Assembly (NCBI GenBank): GCA_963934795.1
Contig: CAWWAF010000002.1
Location: forward strand, 21,330 to 85,329
Direction: 5' to 3'
Origin: an uncultured bacterium
GTDB lineage: Bacteria; Acidobacteriota; Vicinamibacteria; Vicinamibacterales; UBA8438
Length of the DNA: 64,000 nt
Made by a program: the position numbers and the translations under genes. Every line of letters begins with the position of its first letter. Positions within the stretch are counted from its first letter, which is position 1. The notes under the pieces were generated by a model, which saw nothing but the letters and a program-made list of their open reading frames with translations, was not told the DNA's origin and did not search any database. Positions 8,876 through 17,352 of the stretch are shown here, piece after piece.

Positions 8876-10177
8876 TCACGGGAGCAGCACGCCCCGGACG
8901 CGACCGTCCCTGGCCAGTTCCACAAACGCCGGCTCAACCCGGTCATCGGCGAGCACGGCCTGGACGTCTTCGAAACTGGCCGGCTTCCCGTGATCGACGC
9001 GCACGAGTCGGTCGCCCGGCAGAATCCCGGCCTCAGCTGCGCGACTACCGGCCACGACCGACGCCACCAGAAACCCGGCCGCGGGCTGTTCCCAGACGAG
9101 GCCGGCGCTATGCGGACCCGGCGCATCGAATCGCGCATCGATGGCACGGGCCGGTAGCGCGATGGTCACCCTGTCGTGGCCCCGGCGGGCCTCCAGCCAG
9201 AATATCTCCTGACTGGGCGCCTCGTCGCCTTCCAGAATGCGGAGATCCTCGACCGACTCCAGCAGGGCGCCGTCGAGAGACAGCAGGATGTCGCCCGGCC
9301 GCAACCCGGTCGCCGCGGCCGGATAGCCTTCCCACAGTTCGCGCACCATGAGACCGTCGCCCAGCCCGAAATGAAACGACTCAGCCGGCTGCAACCCCTC
9401 GACGCTGACTCCCCAACGCGCGCCCAGGCGGCTCTCGTGAGTCTCTCCCTCGACGAGGAGGTCAGTCACACTCGCCGCACTGACCGCGATATCGTGTCCA
9501 TCGCAGCGAAGCAACACGGCCAGCAGATTTCCGTCAAGGTCGAAGACGCCCCCCCCAAGCATGGCTGGCTGAATCGGGACCGTGGTGACAACCTCCTCGA
9601 CCCGCTGATCCCCGCACGGTCGAGTCGCGGTGCCAAGAGACGTGCCAGGCGCGAACGCGAGCGCCGCTTCGGCCTGCCAGGCCGCCAAGATCCAGTCGCC
9701 GGTCTCGACCTCACCAGCGGCGCGTCGACGCGGGGCCGGGGCCCGGCCGTCCAGTTGTGGCGTGCGCATACCGGCCAGCGGGAGATGAGGCCCAGACACG
9801 TTGGTATACGCGCCGACGTCGCCCCCACTGGCGGCCACCGTGACGGCGGCTGGGAACCGGTCGGCGAGACGGGCCGTCACCACGCGATCCTCGCTCCAGA
9901 CCACACCGCTCCGGCCAGCACTGCTGAGCCTGACCAACCCGGGCGCGAGGTCGGCCGCCAACTCGCCGAAGAATTCGGTCATTTCCTCGAGTTCGCGGCG
10001 TTGCGTGAGCGCTGGCAGTCGACTCAGCTCCGCCTGCGACCCTGCCCCGACAGGCTCGAACACAAGCTCCCCGGGTTTCAGCACCCACCCGATCGTGAGA
10101 ATGAGACCCGCGGCGATCGCGAGGATGAGGATGTAGCGCGGATTCCGAGAATCGTCGGGGCCGCCGTCTGAAGTCAC
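8876..10177 (-). CDS. membrane-anchored HtrA/DegP-like protein with two PDZ domains; catalytic residues apparently substituted
   Basis: ORF track. Has an N-terminal TM, a trypsin-fold-like core (RSGVVWSEDRVVTARLA ... IQPAMLGGGVFDLDGNLLAV) and two PDZ-like segments (GLRPGDILLSLDG..., GILPGDRLVRVDH...). Confidence 0.7.
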   Translation of the reverse strand: MTSDGGPDDSRNPRYILILAIAAGLILTIGWVLKPGELVFEPVGAGSQAELSRLPALTQRRELEEMTEFFGELAADLAPGLVRLSSAGRSGVVWSEDRVVTARLADRFPAAVTVAASGGDVGAYTNVSGPHLPLAGMRTPQLDGRAPAPRRRAAGEVETGDWILAAWQAEAALAFAPGTSLGTATRPCGDQRVEEVVTTVPIQPAMLGGGVFDLDGNLLAVLLRCDGHDIAVSAASVTDLLVEGETHESRLGARWGVSVEGLQPAESFHFGLGDGLMVRELWEGYPAAATGLRPGDILLSLDGALLESVEDLRILEGDEAPSQEIFWLEARRGHDRVTIALPARAIDARFDAPGPHSAGLVWEQPAAGFLVASVVAGSRAAEAGILPGDRLVRVDHGKPASFEDVQAVLADDRVEPAFVELARDGRVRGVLLP

Positions 10178-10195
10178 GGAGGTGATGAAAGCCCC

Positions 10196-10414
10196 CTACT
10201 CTTTCACGACCCAGCCGTCGTGAAACTCGAACTCGCCGGTCCAGGCGCTGTCGTGCATCCCCAGAATATGCAGCAACGTCGACTTGCCAGCCCCGGACGG
10301 CCCCATGATCGACAGAAATTCTCCCTCCTTCACATCGAGGTCGATCTGCCGCAGCACGAACGTCTTACTGACACCGTGTGAGTACGATTTTTCCAGGTTT
10401 CGTAGCGCGATCAT
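10196..10414 (-). pseudogene. truncated ABC transporter ATP-binding protein (first ~70 aa only, Walker A present)
   Basis: The 72-aa [75 protein letters not shown] stops before the Q-loop, signature and Walker B motifs. Confidence 0.6.
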
Positions 10415-10482
10415 GGTGTCTCACATTCTAGCTAGCGCGGTCGCGACACGGGGCAAGACTCTGGCGCCTCGCCCCGTTGCCG

Positions 10483-12030
10483 CTACTGCTCGTTCGTCTG
10501 CTGCACGAAGCGAGTGGCTTCGTCGTAGCCCGGCATGTCGGCGCGTCCTTCCCAATTGGAGAGCAATCGCGCGTAGGCCTCGACGGCCGTCACCGAGTCG
10601 CCGCTACGGGAAGAAGCACGCGCCATGCCCAGCAGGGAACGTGAACGGCCGGGCATCCGGACCAACGAGACGGCGAACTTCTCGGCTGCTGCCGCCGGTT
10701 GGCCCATCTCGAGCAGAATCTCGCCATACAGCTCGTACGGAGGCTTCACCGGACTCGCCGCACCGTTCGGCACACGCATCTCGTCGACGATCTCAAGCGC
10801 CTCGTCCATGAGCGCAACTGCGTCGTCACCAGCCCCCTGGGCCAGCCGCACGAGAGCGGCCACCTCGTGAAACATGATGCGATTGGCGGGGCTGTCGTCG
10901 TCGGCCAGCGCCTTCAGCTTCGCCTCGGCCTCGACGGCCGTCCCAAGATCCCCGGTCTTCACAGCACTGATGCCAGTCGCGAGGAGTTCGGCCGCTGGCG
11001 AGTCGTCGGTGATCGGAGACGTCCGCCACTCTTCGGTCTCAACCGTGTAGCGCGCACGCACCAGCGGCAACGTGTTCGTCGCACGCGCCTGCCCATCGCT
11101 CTCCCGGTTCACCATCTCCAGCCGCTCGATCCAGGTCCGCGCCTTGGCAAAGTCACCAAGCTGGAGATCGCCATACTGACCCCAGTCAAGTGGATGCACC
11201 GTGTCGCCGACGCTGTCCCCAGGCTCCCAGAGGGCTCGGGCCGCGTCGTACGCTTTCTGGTTGTGGTCCGATACGTAGTCCCACATGCCGTGCTGAATGA
11301 AGATGTGGGTGGGCATGTGGCGCGCGTGGGCGACCGCCGGGGCGATCTCCGCGTATCGAAGCGCGGAAGGCAGCGCCAGCGGCGCGTGGGTTGGATCGTC
11401 GAAAGCATGGATCGCATAGTGCGGTGCGCCTGGATGGTCCGGGTTCTTGCCGAACACCTCGAGCGCCAGGGCACCGGCCTGCATCTCATACCTGAAGGTC
11501 CGGTCGTTCATGGCCCGCGCCGCGCTCAATGTCGCGACGGCCGCGAAGGTCGTCACTTCGTCATCGTCGGGAAATCGCTCGTGCAGCTGCTGCATCGCTT
11601 CCATGTAGGCGACCCGGTTGTCGCGCCACTCGCCCTCCCCCCAGAGCACCTCGACCGCTCCCAGGAAGCCCTTCTCCCGGTCGGTTGGCGCTTTGGCCAG
11701 ACGCTCGGCGGTATTTGCACCCAGTCGGGCGAGCACCGCACGCGGAGATTCGCCATCCTGCTCGGCAAACAGGGGGTGGTTGTAGCACAGTGCCTCACCC
11801 CAGTACGCCATCGCAAAGTCCGGATCAATCCGCTGGGCGGCCTGGAACTCCTCGATGGCCTGCTTCCAGCCAAAGCTGTGAAGGATGGCCACCCCGCGAA
11901 GGAAATGCCCCTGTGCCTCCGGGGTCCCGGACGTCGGAAAATCGAGCGACCCAACGCTCTCGAGTTGGGCCTGGGCTGGCGCGGCCGCCAACAGGGCGAA
12001 GAGGGCGACGCAGATAGACAGTCGTTTCAT
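10483..12030 (-). CDS. secreted TPR-repeat protein
   Basis: ORF 10483..12165. Start moved to ATG 12030-12028 (MKRLSICVALFALLAAAPAQAQ signal peptide). TPR-like helical repeats throughout. Confidence 0.7.
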   Translation of the reverse strand: MKRLSICVALFALLAAAPAQAQLESVGSLDFPTSGTPEAQGHFLRGVAILHSFGWKQAIEEFQAAQRIDPDFAMAYWGEALCYNHPLFAEQDGESPRAVLARLGANTAERLAKAPTDREKGFLGAVEVLWGEGEWRDNRVAYMEAMQQLHERFPDDDEVTTFAAVATLSAARAMNDRTFRYEMQAGALALEVFGKNPDHPGAPHYAIHAFDDPTHAPLALPSALRYAEIAPAVAHARHMPTHIFIQHGMWDYVSDHNQKAYDAARALWEPGDSVGDTVHPLDWGQYGDLQLGDFAKARTWIERLEMVNRESDGQARATNTLPLVRARYTVETEEWRTSPITDDSPAAELLATGISAVKTGDLGTAVEAEAKLKALADDDSPANRIMFHEVAALVRLAQGAGDDAVALMDEALEIVDEMRVPNGAASPVKPPYELYGEILLEMGQPAAAAEKFAVSLVRMPGRSRSLLGMARASSRSGDSVTAVEAYARLLSNWEGRADMPGYDEATRFVQQTNEQ

Positions 12031-12240
12031 GGCAAGACTCCTCACAAGAAAGCGCGGCGAACCCCGAACGCCGATTATATCGCCGTCCGATCGCCACCCC
12101 AGACGGACACCACTGTCACCGGGCAGTGACGCGCCAATGCGCTCCACGACACGAGCGCCAGCCACGGAATGGTACGATCCCTGCAGAACCGTCTATTGAC
12201 CACTACGCACCCGGAGTCATCTCCGCTCGCCGAGGCCCTT

Positions 12241-13059
12241 ATGCCACTCTCGCTCACGTATCCGTTCATCAGTCGCATCGCTTGGTCCTCGAGCGTGGCC
12301 GTGGGGCTCACCCTCGCCGTGCTCGTCTCGCCGGTGTCGGCGGCATCAGACGCGGGCGAGCAAGCCACGCAGCCGACCGGGGCCCAGGAGTTTCGTGAGC
12401 CGGACTTCCTGTTCAACTGGCCCAGGACCTACGTCGGGGTAGCGGGCGGTTGGCTCGCCACCTCGCAGCGCGGCGGAATCTTCGACCTGGCTCGCGACCT
12501 GCTGACCGTGGAGGATGGGGACTTCAACAGCAGCGTGGCGCGGTTCACGATTGGACGGGCGCTCAGCCGACGGTTCGATCTCTCAGCGGAGGTCGGCTTC
12601 AGTCGTGCAACCGTGCCCTCTGAATATCGCGATTTTCTTGAGGTTGACCTCCCGATTACGCAAACGACAGAGTTTTCCCAGGCTCCCGTGTCTGCCACCG
12701 TGCGCATGTGGCTGGTGCCTCGTGGTCGCACGGTAGGCCGCTTCGCGTGGGTGCCAGCCGCGGTGGCACCCTATGTCTCGGGCGGCGTCGATGCGCACTG
12801 GTATCGATTCACGCAATTCGGGGATTTCGTCGATGTCGTCGATCTCTCCATCTTTTCCGACACTTTCGAATCGAGCGGTTGGGCCGCCGGTGCGCACGTA
12901 GCAGGGGGCATTAGCGCGCATCTGATCAAACAATTGTTCCTGACCGTCGAGGCGCGCTATGGTTGGGCGGCGACACCGTTGTCGAACGACTTCGTCGGAT
13001 TCGAGGACATTGATCTCGATGGTCTCCAGTTCACTGGCGGCGTCGAGTTCGCCTTCTAG
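12241..13059 (+). CDS. putative outer-membrane beta-barrel protein
   Basis: ORF 12169..13059; an alternative ATG lies at 12241. Signal-like AWSSSVAVGLTLAVLVSPVSAAS, alternating beta-strand-like pattern, and a C-terminal ...GGVEFAF ending in Phe as in OMPs. Confidence 0.5.
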   Translation: MPLSLTYPFISRIAWSSSVAVGLTLAVLVSPVSAASDAGEQATQPTGAQEFREPDFLFNWPRTYVGVAGGWLATSQRGGIFDLARDLLTVEDGDFNSSVARFTIGRALSRRFDLSAEVGFSRATVPSEYRDFLEVDLPITQTTEFSQAPVSATVRMWLVPRGRTVGRFAWVPAAVAPYVSGGVDAHWYRFTQFGDFVDVVDLSIFSDTFESSGWAAGAHVAGGISAHLIKQLFLTVEARYGWAATPLSNDFVGFEDIDLDGLQFTGGVEFAF

Positions 13060-13082
13060 AACGATAGTCAGCGAGGATCGCC

Positions 13083-14390
13083 ATGACGATGACGACACAT
13101 CTGCTCCGACAGCTGGGCGACCGGCGGCCCGTCGTGACAGCGCTTGCCCTTGCGGCGTGCCTGTTGGGCGCGACCACGGCCGGAGGCCAAACTGCGGCCC
13201 CCGCCGACTCCGTCTGGCTACCCTGGCTCGGATGCTGGCAGCTCGTGGAGGAAACCGGTGCACTGCCGGACGAATGGGCGGATCGGCGGTCCTACGCCGA
13301 TCGCGTCGTGGTGTGCCTGAACCCGACAACGGGCGACAACGCGGGCATGTCCGTCGAGGTGACCACCATCGCCGATGCCAAACGGGTACTCGTCGAGACG
13401 CTACACGCGGACGGTCGGCCGCAGCCCGTAGACGAAGCCACGTGCCGCGGCGAACGAAGAGACACCTGGTCGTCCGACGGGGCCAGGCTTTTCACACGGT
13501 CAGCGTTGACCTGCGAAGACGACACCGACCGCCTGGTGTCTGGTGTGGGTCTCATGTCCGATGCCTTGACCTGGCTGGACATCCAGCTCGTAGACGCGGG
13601 CGGTCGAAGCGCCGTGACGGTTCGCCGGTATCGACGGGTCGGCGAAGCGACGACGACCGATGCCGGGGCGACCCCATTGCCACTACGGCTGCGGGCCCGG
13701 GCACGCGAGGCCGCACACCTGATTGCGACGACGGAACTCAGTACGAACGACATCATCGAGGCTCAGGACCTGGCCGAACAACCCGTCGTCGAAGCGCTCA
13801 TGGTGGAAACAGATGCGTCGTTCGACCTCGATGGACGCGGGCTGATCGAGTTGGACGACGCTGGCGTCCCGAGTGACGTGATCGACCTGATGGTCGCCCT
13901 CTCGTTTCCCGATTGGTTTCACGTGGACCGGCCAGCGTCACGCGGCGGGTCTGGCGGCGGAGGTTTCACCTCTGCGGACCCGTGGGGCCCATACGGTCAG
14001 GCAGGGTTCCATGACTGGTATCCACTCTACGCGTCGCCGTTTGGCTACTACTACGGATGGTCGGCGTACGACTCGCTGTACTACCTGAACCCGTATGGAT
14101 CGGGGGTTGTGCTCACCGACGGCCGGAACGGCGGTCGACGCCTGGAGGCGCCGGCGGGACGCGCCTACGCCGGCCGAGGCTACTCGAGCATTGGGGCGAG
14201 GGAGCCGTCACAGGTATCAGAGCGGCGGGCGCGCCGACGAGGGAGCGACGGGGGCACGGCGTCGGTGCAATCAGCCAGAGGGCGACGCAGCGGCGGCAGC
14301 ACCAGTTCAACGAGCCAGGGCGGCGGACGTGCCACGTCCGGCGGCTACAGTCGAGGCGGGTCGACGGGACGAACCGCACGACCTCGCTAG
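13083..14390 (+). CDS. secreted protein: Cys-containing N-domain, aromatic/Gly-rich segment, Arg/Gly/Ser-rich tail
   Basis: ORF track. Signal peptide ...ALALAACLLGATTAGGQ, the segment FHDWYPLYASPFGYYYGWSAYDSLYYLNPYGSG, and the tail RRARRRGSDGG...GGRATSGGYSRGGSTGRTARPR. Starts 24 nt after the barrel gene. Confidence 0.6.
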   Translation: MTMTTHLLRQLGDRRPVVTALALAACLLGATTAGGQTAAPADSVWLPWLGCWQLVEETGALPDEWADRRSYADRVVVCLNPTTGDNAGMSVEVTTIADAKRVLVETLHADGRPQPVDEATCRGERRDTWSSDGARLFTRSALTCEDDTDRLVSGVGLMSDALTWLDIQLVDAGGRSAVTVRRYRRVGEATTTDAGATPLPLRLRARAREAAHLIATTELSTNDIIEAQDLAEQPVVEALMVETDASFDLDGRGLIELDDAGVPSDVIDLMVALSFPDWFHVDRPASRGGSGGGGFTSADPWGPYGQAGFHDWYPLYASPFGYYYGWSAYDSLYYLNPYGSGVVLTDGRNGGRRLEAPAGRAYAGRGYSSIGAREPSQVSERRARRRGSDGGTASVQSARGRRSGGSTSSTSQGGGRATSGGYSRGGSTGRTARPR

Positions 14391-14418
14391 TCCCTGGGGA
14401 CTAACGGAAACAGGCGGC

Positions 14419-14453
14419 GTCAGTTCATGGGACCCCAGTGCCCATGAACTGAC
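14419..14453 (+). terminator. perfect 13-bp stem hairpin (GTCAGTTCATGGG / CCCATGAACTGAC, 9-nt loop) downstream of the 13083..14390 gene; no U-tract
   Basis: Read directly from the sequence, 29 nt after the stop codon. Followed by AAAATGG rather than a T-run, so terminator function is uncertain. Confidence 0.35.
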
Positions 14454-14674
14454 AAAATGGATCAGTGGTGAACATTTTCGTCACACTTGCCGCCTGATCA
14501 CCGGCGCAAGTCATTCCGGGTTGACCGCGCAACACCCTTATTTCCGAATCAGTTGACCGGTTCATCGGCAGTCGCGACCGCTTGGTCACGATATTGCTAC
14601 AACTAGCTGTGAGCGATGCCACGGTGTGGCGTCGCAATCCGCGGCGGTGAAGACGCCCCCAACGAAGGAACACT

Positions 14675-15760
14675 GTGACGGTTGAACCCACACTGGACGA
14701 TGCCCATCGGTTGCTGAGAGAAGGACGGGTGGACAGCGCCATCGACGCCTACACCGCCCTCCTCAAAAACCGCCCCGATGACTGGACCACGGCCAACCGC
14801 CTTGGCGATCTATACGTACAGACGGGACAGCTGGATGCGGCGGTTGAACAGTTCAGCCATGTCGCGCAGTGTCTGGTTGAGAGAAACCTCTTGCCAAAAG
14901 CGGCGGCGCTGTACAAGAAAGTCCTGAAGGTCGCGCCAGGCGATGAATCGACACGAAGCCAACTCGTCGACCTCGCGCTTCGGCAAGGATTTCTGGTCGA
15001 GGCGCTCGGCCATCTCACCGCGATGGCCGAGCAACGCCGCGCGACCGGCGACCACGCGGGTGCCCTTGAAGTGCAACACCGGATAGACAGCCTGCGACGG
15101 CCCGCTCTGGCCGCAACCGAGGCGGCGCCCGCGGAACGCGTGGATCCGGACGACACACAGGTGGCGATGGCGCCCCTGCCTACGGGACCTGACGCGCGGG
15201 AAGAAGCGACGGCCGTCCGCGAGGCCACGGGGCCTGGGCCGACGGCTACCGTCACCCAGTCCGAAGGGCGCGTCGAACGGACAGCCCAAGACCCTCAACG
15301 GCAACTCAAACTACAGCTGATCGAAGACGAGGTTCGGGCCGGGCGGCTGAAGCGCACGCGCCAGCTAGTGTTGGTCGTCCTCTCGGAGGCCAGCGATGCC
15401 ACGGAGCACATCCTGGATCTGGCGAAACGGCTGACGGCGGAGGCCGGTGACGCCACCGTGATGTGCGCCGACGCATTGCTTGATTCGGCGAGGCGGGGAC
15501 AGGCCCCCCCGACGAACATCGCAGCGGTGCGGTCGCTGGCGGCGTGGGTACCGGCCCAGCCAGAAGGCGGCCAGTGGCCAGCCGGGCGCCTGGATCGGCT
15601 CGCGCGAATCGACGCGGCCGCGGCCTTGGAACTGGCACCAGAGAAACGACATTCCCTGGAAGAGATCGGACCAGATCTGACCACCGGCGCGGAGGCGACC
15701 ACGAGCCGCGCTCCGTCGCCCGCACCTCCATTCACGTCCGCTGTGGCGGCGGCCGTGTAA
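14675..15760 (+). CDS. TPR-repeat protein
   Basis: ORF track (GTG start). N-terminal TPR-like repeats (AIDAYTALLKNRPDDWTTANRLGDLYVQTGQLDAAVEQF...). Confidence 0.6.
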   Translation: MTVEPTLDDAHRLLREGRVDSAIDAYTALLKNRPDDWTTANRLGDLYVQTGQLDAAVEQFSHVAQCLVERNLLPKAAALYKKVLKVAPGDESTRSQLVDLALRQGFLVEALGHLTAMAEQRRATGDHAGALEVQHRIDSLRRPALAATEAAPAERVDPDDTQVAMAPLPTGPDAREEATAVREATGPGPTATVTQSEGRVERTAQDPQRQLKLQLIEDEVRAGRLKRTRQLVLVVLSEASDATEHILDLAKRLTAEAGDATVMCADALLDSARRGQAPPTNIAAVRSLAAWVPAQPEGGQWPAGRLDRLARIDAAAALELAPEKRHSLEEIGPDLTTGAEATTSRAPSPAPPFTSAVAAAV

Positions 15761-16020
15761 GCGGGGGGTCGTCGGTGGCTGTGGCCATCGGCGACCCCGG
15801 TTTTCCCAACCCCGGCCACCACGACGGTGGCAAGACCGCGGCCAGCCTTGCTCATACTGGCTAATACACTGGCCGATGACGGGCCAACCGTTTGGCCGAA
15901 CACGCCAAACTGCAAGTCTCACACGCGGCCGTCCGGATGGATTCGCATACCCACCGAGGCCCACGCCCTGAACGTCCACAGTCGCACATAGAGTGCGCTA
16001 AAGACCGTCCCCTCGCGCAA

Positions 16021-16446
16021 CTACCCTGCGAAGTGGCCCTTCAGCGAATCGAGCAGCGCTTTGTAGATCGGGTCACAGAACTCTTTGACTCCGCCTTGGC
16101 TATCCTGCCAAGTCGACGACCACTCCACGAAGGTGCCGTTGCCGTCGGTCACGGCGAAGACGCGGACTACGCCGATGTATCCGCTGACCCGGTCTCTGGA
16201 CACCGCCTCAGGACCATCGTCGATGGAATACTTCACCATCCGGTCCACATCGTTGAGGCTCTGCAATGTCTCGTGAAACGCGCCGTTCAGGACCCGCTTC
16301 GCCCCGATCTGGTCACCGGCGGCGTCGCCGACCGGCTCGAGATTTGTGATCACGTTGGGCGCAAATGACAGGTCGTGAAAGTTGCGAAGCGCGGCCCATA
16401 CCTGCTCGACCGGCGCGTTGACGACGCACGTGTTGTAGCACCCCAT
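16021..16446 (-). CDS. SRPBCC (START/polyketide cyclase-like) family protein
   Basis: ORF 16021..16533. Start moved to ATG 16446-16444 (MGCYNTCVVNAPVEQVWAALRNFHDL...), a typical SRPBCC N-terminus. Confidence 0.75.
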   Translation of the reverse strand: MGCYNTCVVNAPVEQVWAALRNFHDLSFAPNVITNLEPVGDAAGDQIGAKRVLNGAFHETLQSLNDVDRMVKYSIDDGPEAVSRDRVSGYIGVVRVFAVTDGNGTFVEWSSTWQDSQGGVKEFCDPIYKALLDSLKGHFAG

Positions 16447-16623
16447 TGATCCCTCCTGCTGCCAGCTTCGTCTCACTGTCCTGTCACCAACCACGGCATC
16501 AGCACATGAGACACTAGTTCCATGGACAATCAACGATTATAGACACAGACTGCCTAGACAAAACCTACGTCGGTATCACACGCGTGGTAGATCTCACCTA
16601 AACGCGAGAATGACAGTGGCGCC

Positions 16624-17352
16624 ATGATCGACATCACTCAACTCGTCAAGGTCTACGACGGTTTTCGGGCCGTGGACGGGTTGTCGCTCCGGGTCGAGAC
16701 GGGGCAAATTCTCGGCCTGGTCGGCCCCAACGGCGCTGGCAAGACGACGACGCTTCGCTGTCTGGCTGGAATCATTCCTCCGACATCTGGGCACATCACC
16801 ATCGCCGGCTTTGACCTGCACACCCATCCCATCGAGGCCCGCCAACGACTCGCGTTTGTGCCGGATGAACCGCACCTGTTTGACCATCTGACGGCGCTCG
16901 ACCATCTCACGCTGTTCGCACGGCTCTACGGGGTCACGGACGGACCGACACGGGCCGAGACGTTGCTGGAGGAAGCTGAACTCGTCGACCAACGTCTGTC
17001 ATTCCCGAGCGAGCTGTCACGCGGTATGAAACAGAAATTGGTCGTGGCGTGCGCCTTGCTCCATCGCCCAGAGGTCCTGGTGCTCGACGAGCCGCTCACC
17101 GGTCTTGACCCGGCCGCTATGCGCCGGATGAAGCGGACGGTGCGCGATACCGCTGCGGCCGGCGCGTCGGTTATCGTCTCGTCGCACATGCTGCAGCTGG
17201 TCGAAGAAGTCTGCGACCGGGTGCTGATCGTGAACCGTGGGACGCAGGTGCTCGCGGGGACGCTCGACGAAATTCGTCTCCAGTTGCCGGACGTCGACGC
17301 GGACGCGGATCTGGAGACGCTCTTCATGAAGGCGACGGGTGCAGACACGTGA
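16624..17352 (+). CDS. ABC transporter ATP-binding protein
   Basis: Walker A GPNGAGKTT, signature LSRGMKQKL, Walker B LVLDEPLTGLD. Confidence 0.9.
   Translation: MIDITQLVKVYDGFRAVDGLSLRVETGQILGLVGPNGAGKTTTLRCLAGIIPPTSGHITIAGFDLHTHPIEARQRLAFVPDEPHLFDHLTALDHLTLFARLYGVTDGPTRAETLLEEAELVDQRLSFPSELSRGMKQKLVVACALLHRPEVLVLDEPLTGLDPAAMRRMKRTVRDTAAAGASVIVSSHMLQLVEEVCDRVLIVNRGTQVLAGTLDEIRLQLPDVDADADLETLFMKATGADT

Noticed and set aside
10699-12129. 476-aa + strand ORF opposite the TPR gene
   Set aside because: Shadow ORF. The composition is R/G/H/V-rich with no motifs, and the opposite strand has a signal peptide plus TPR repeats.
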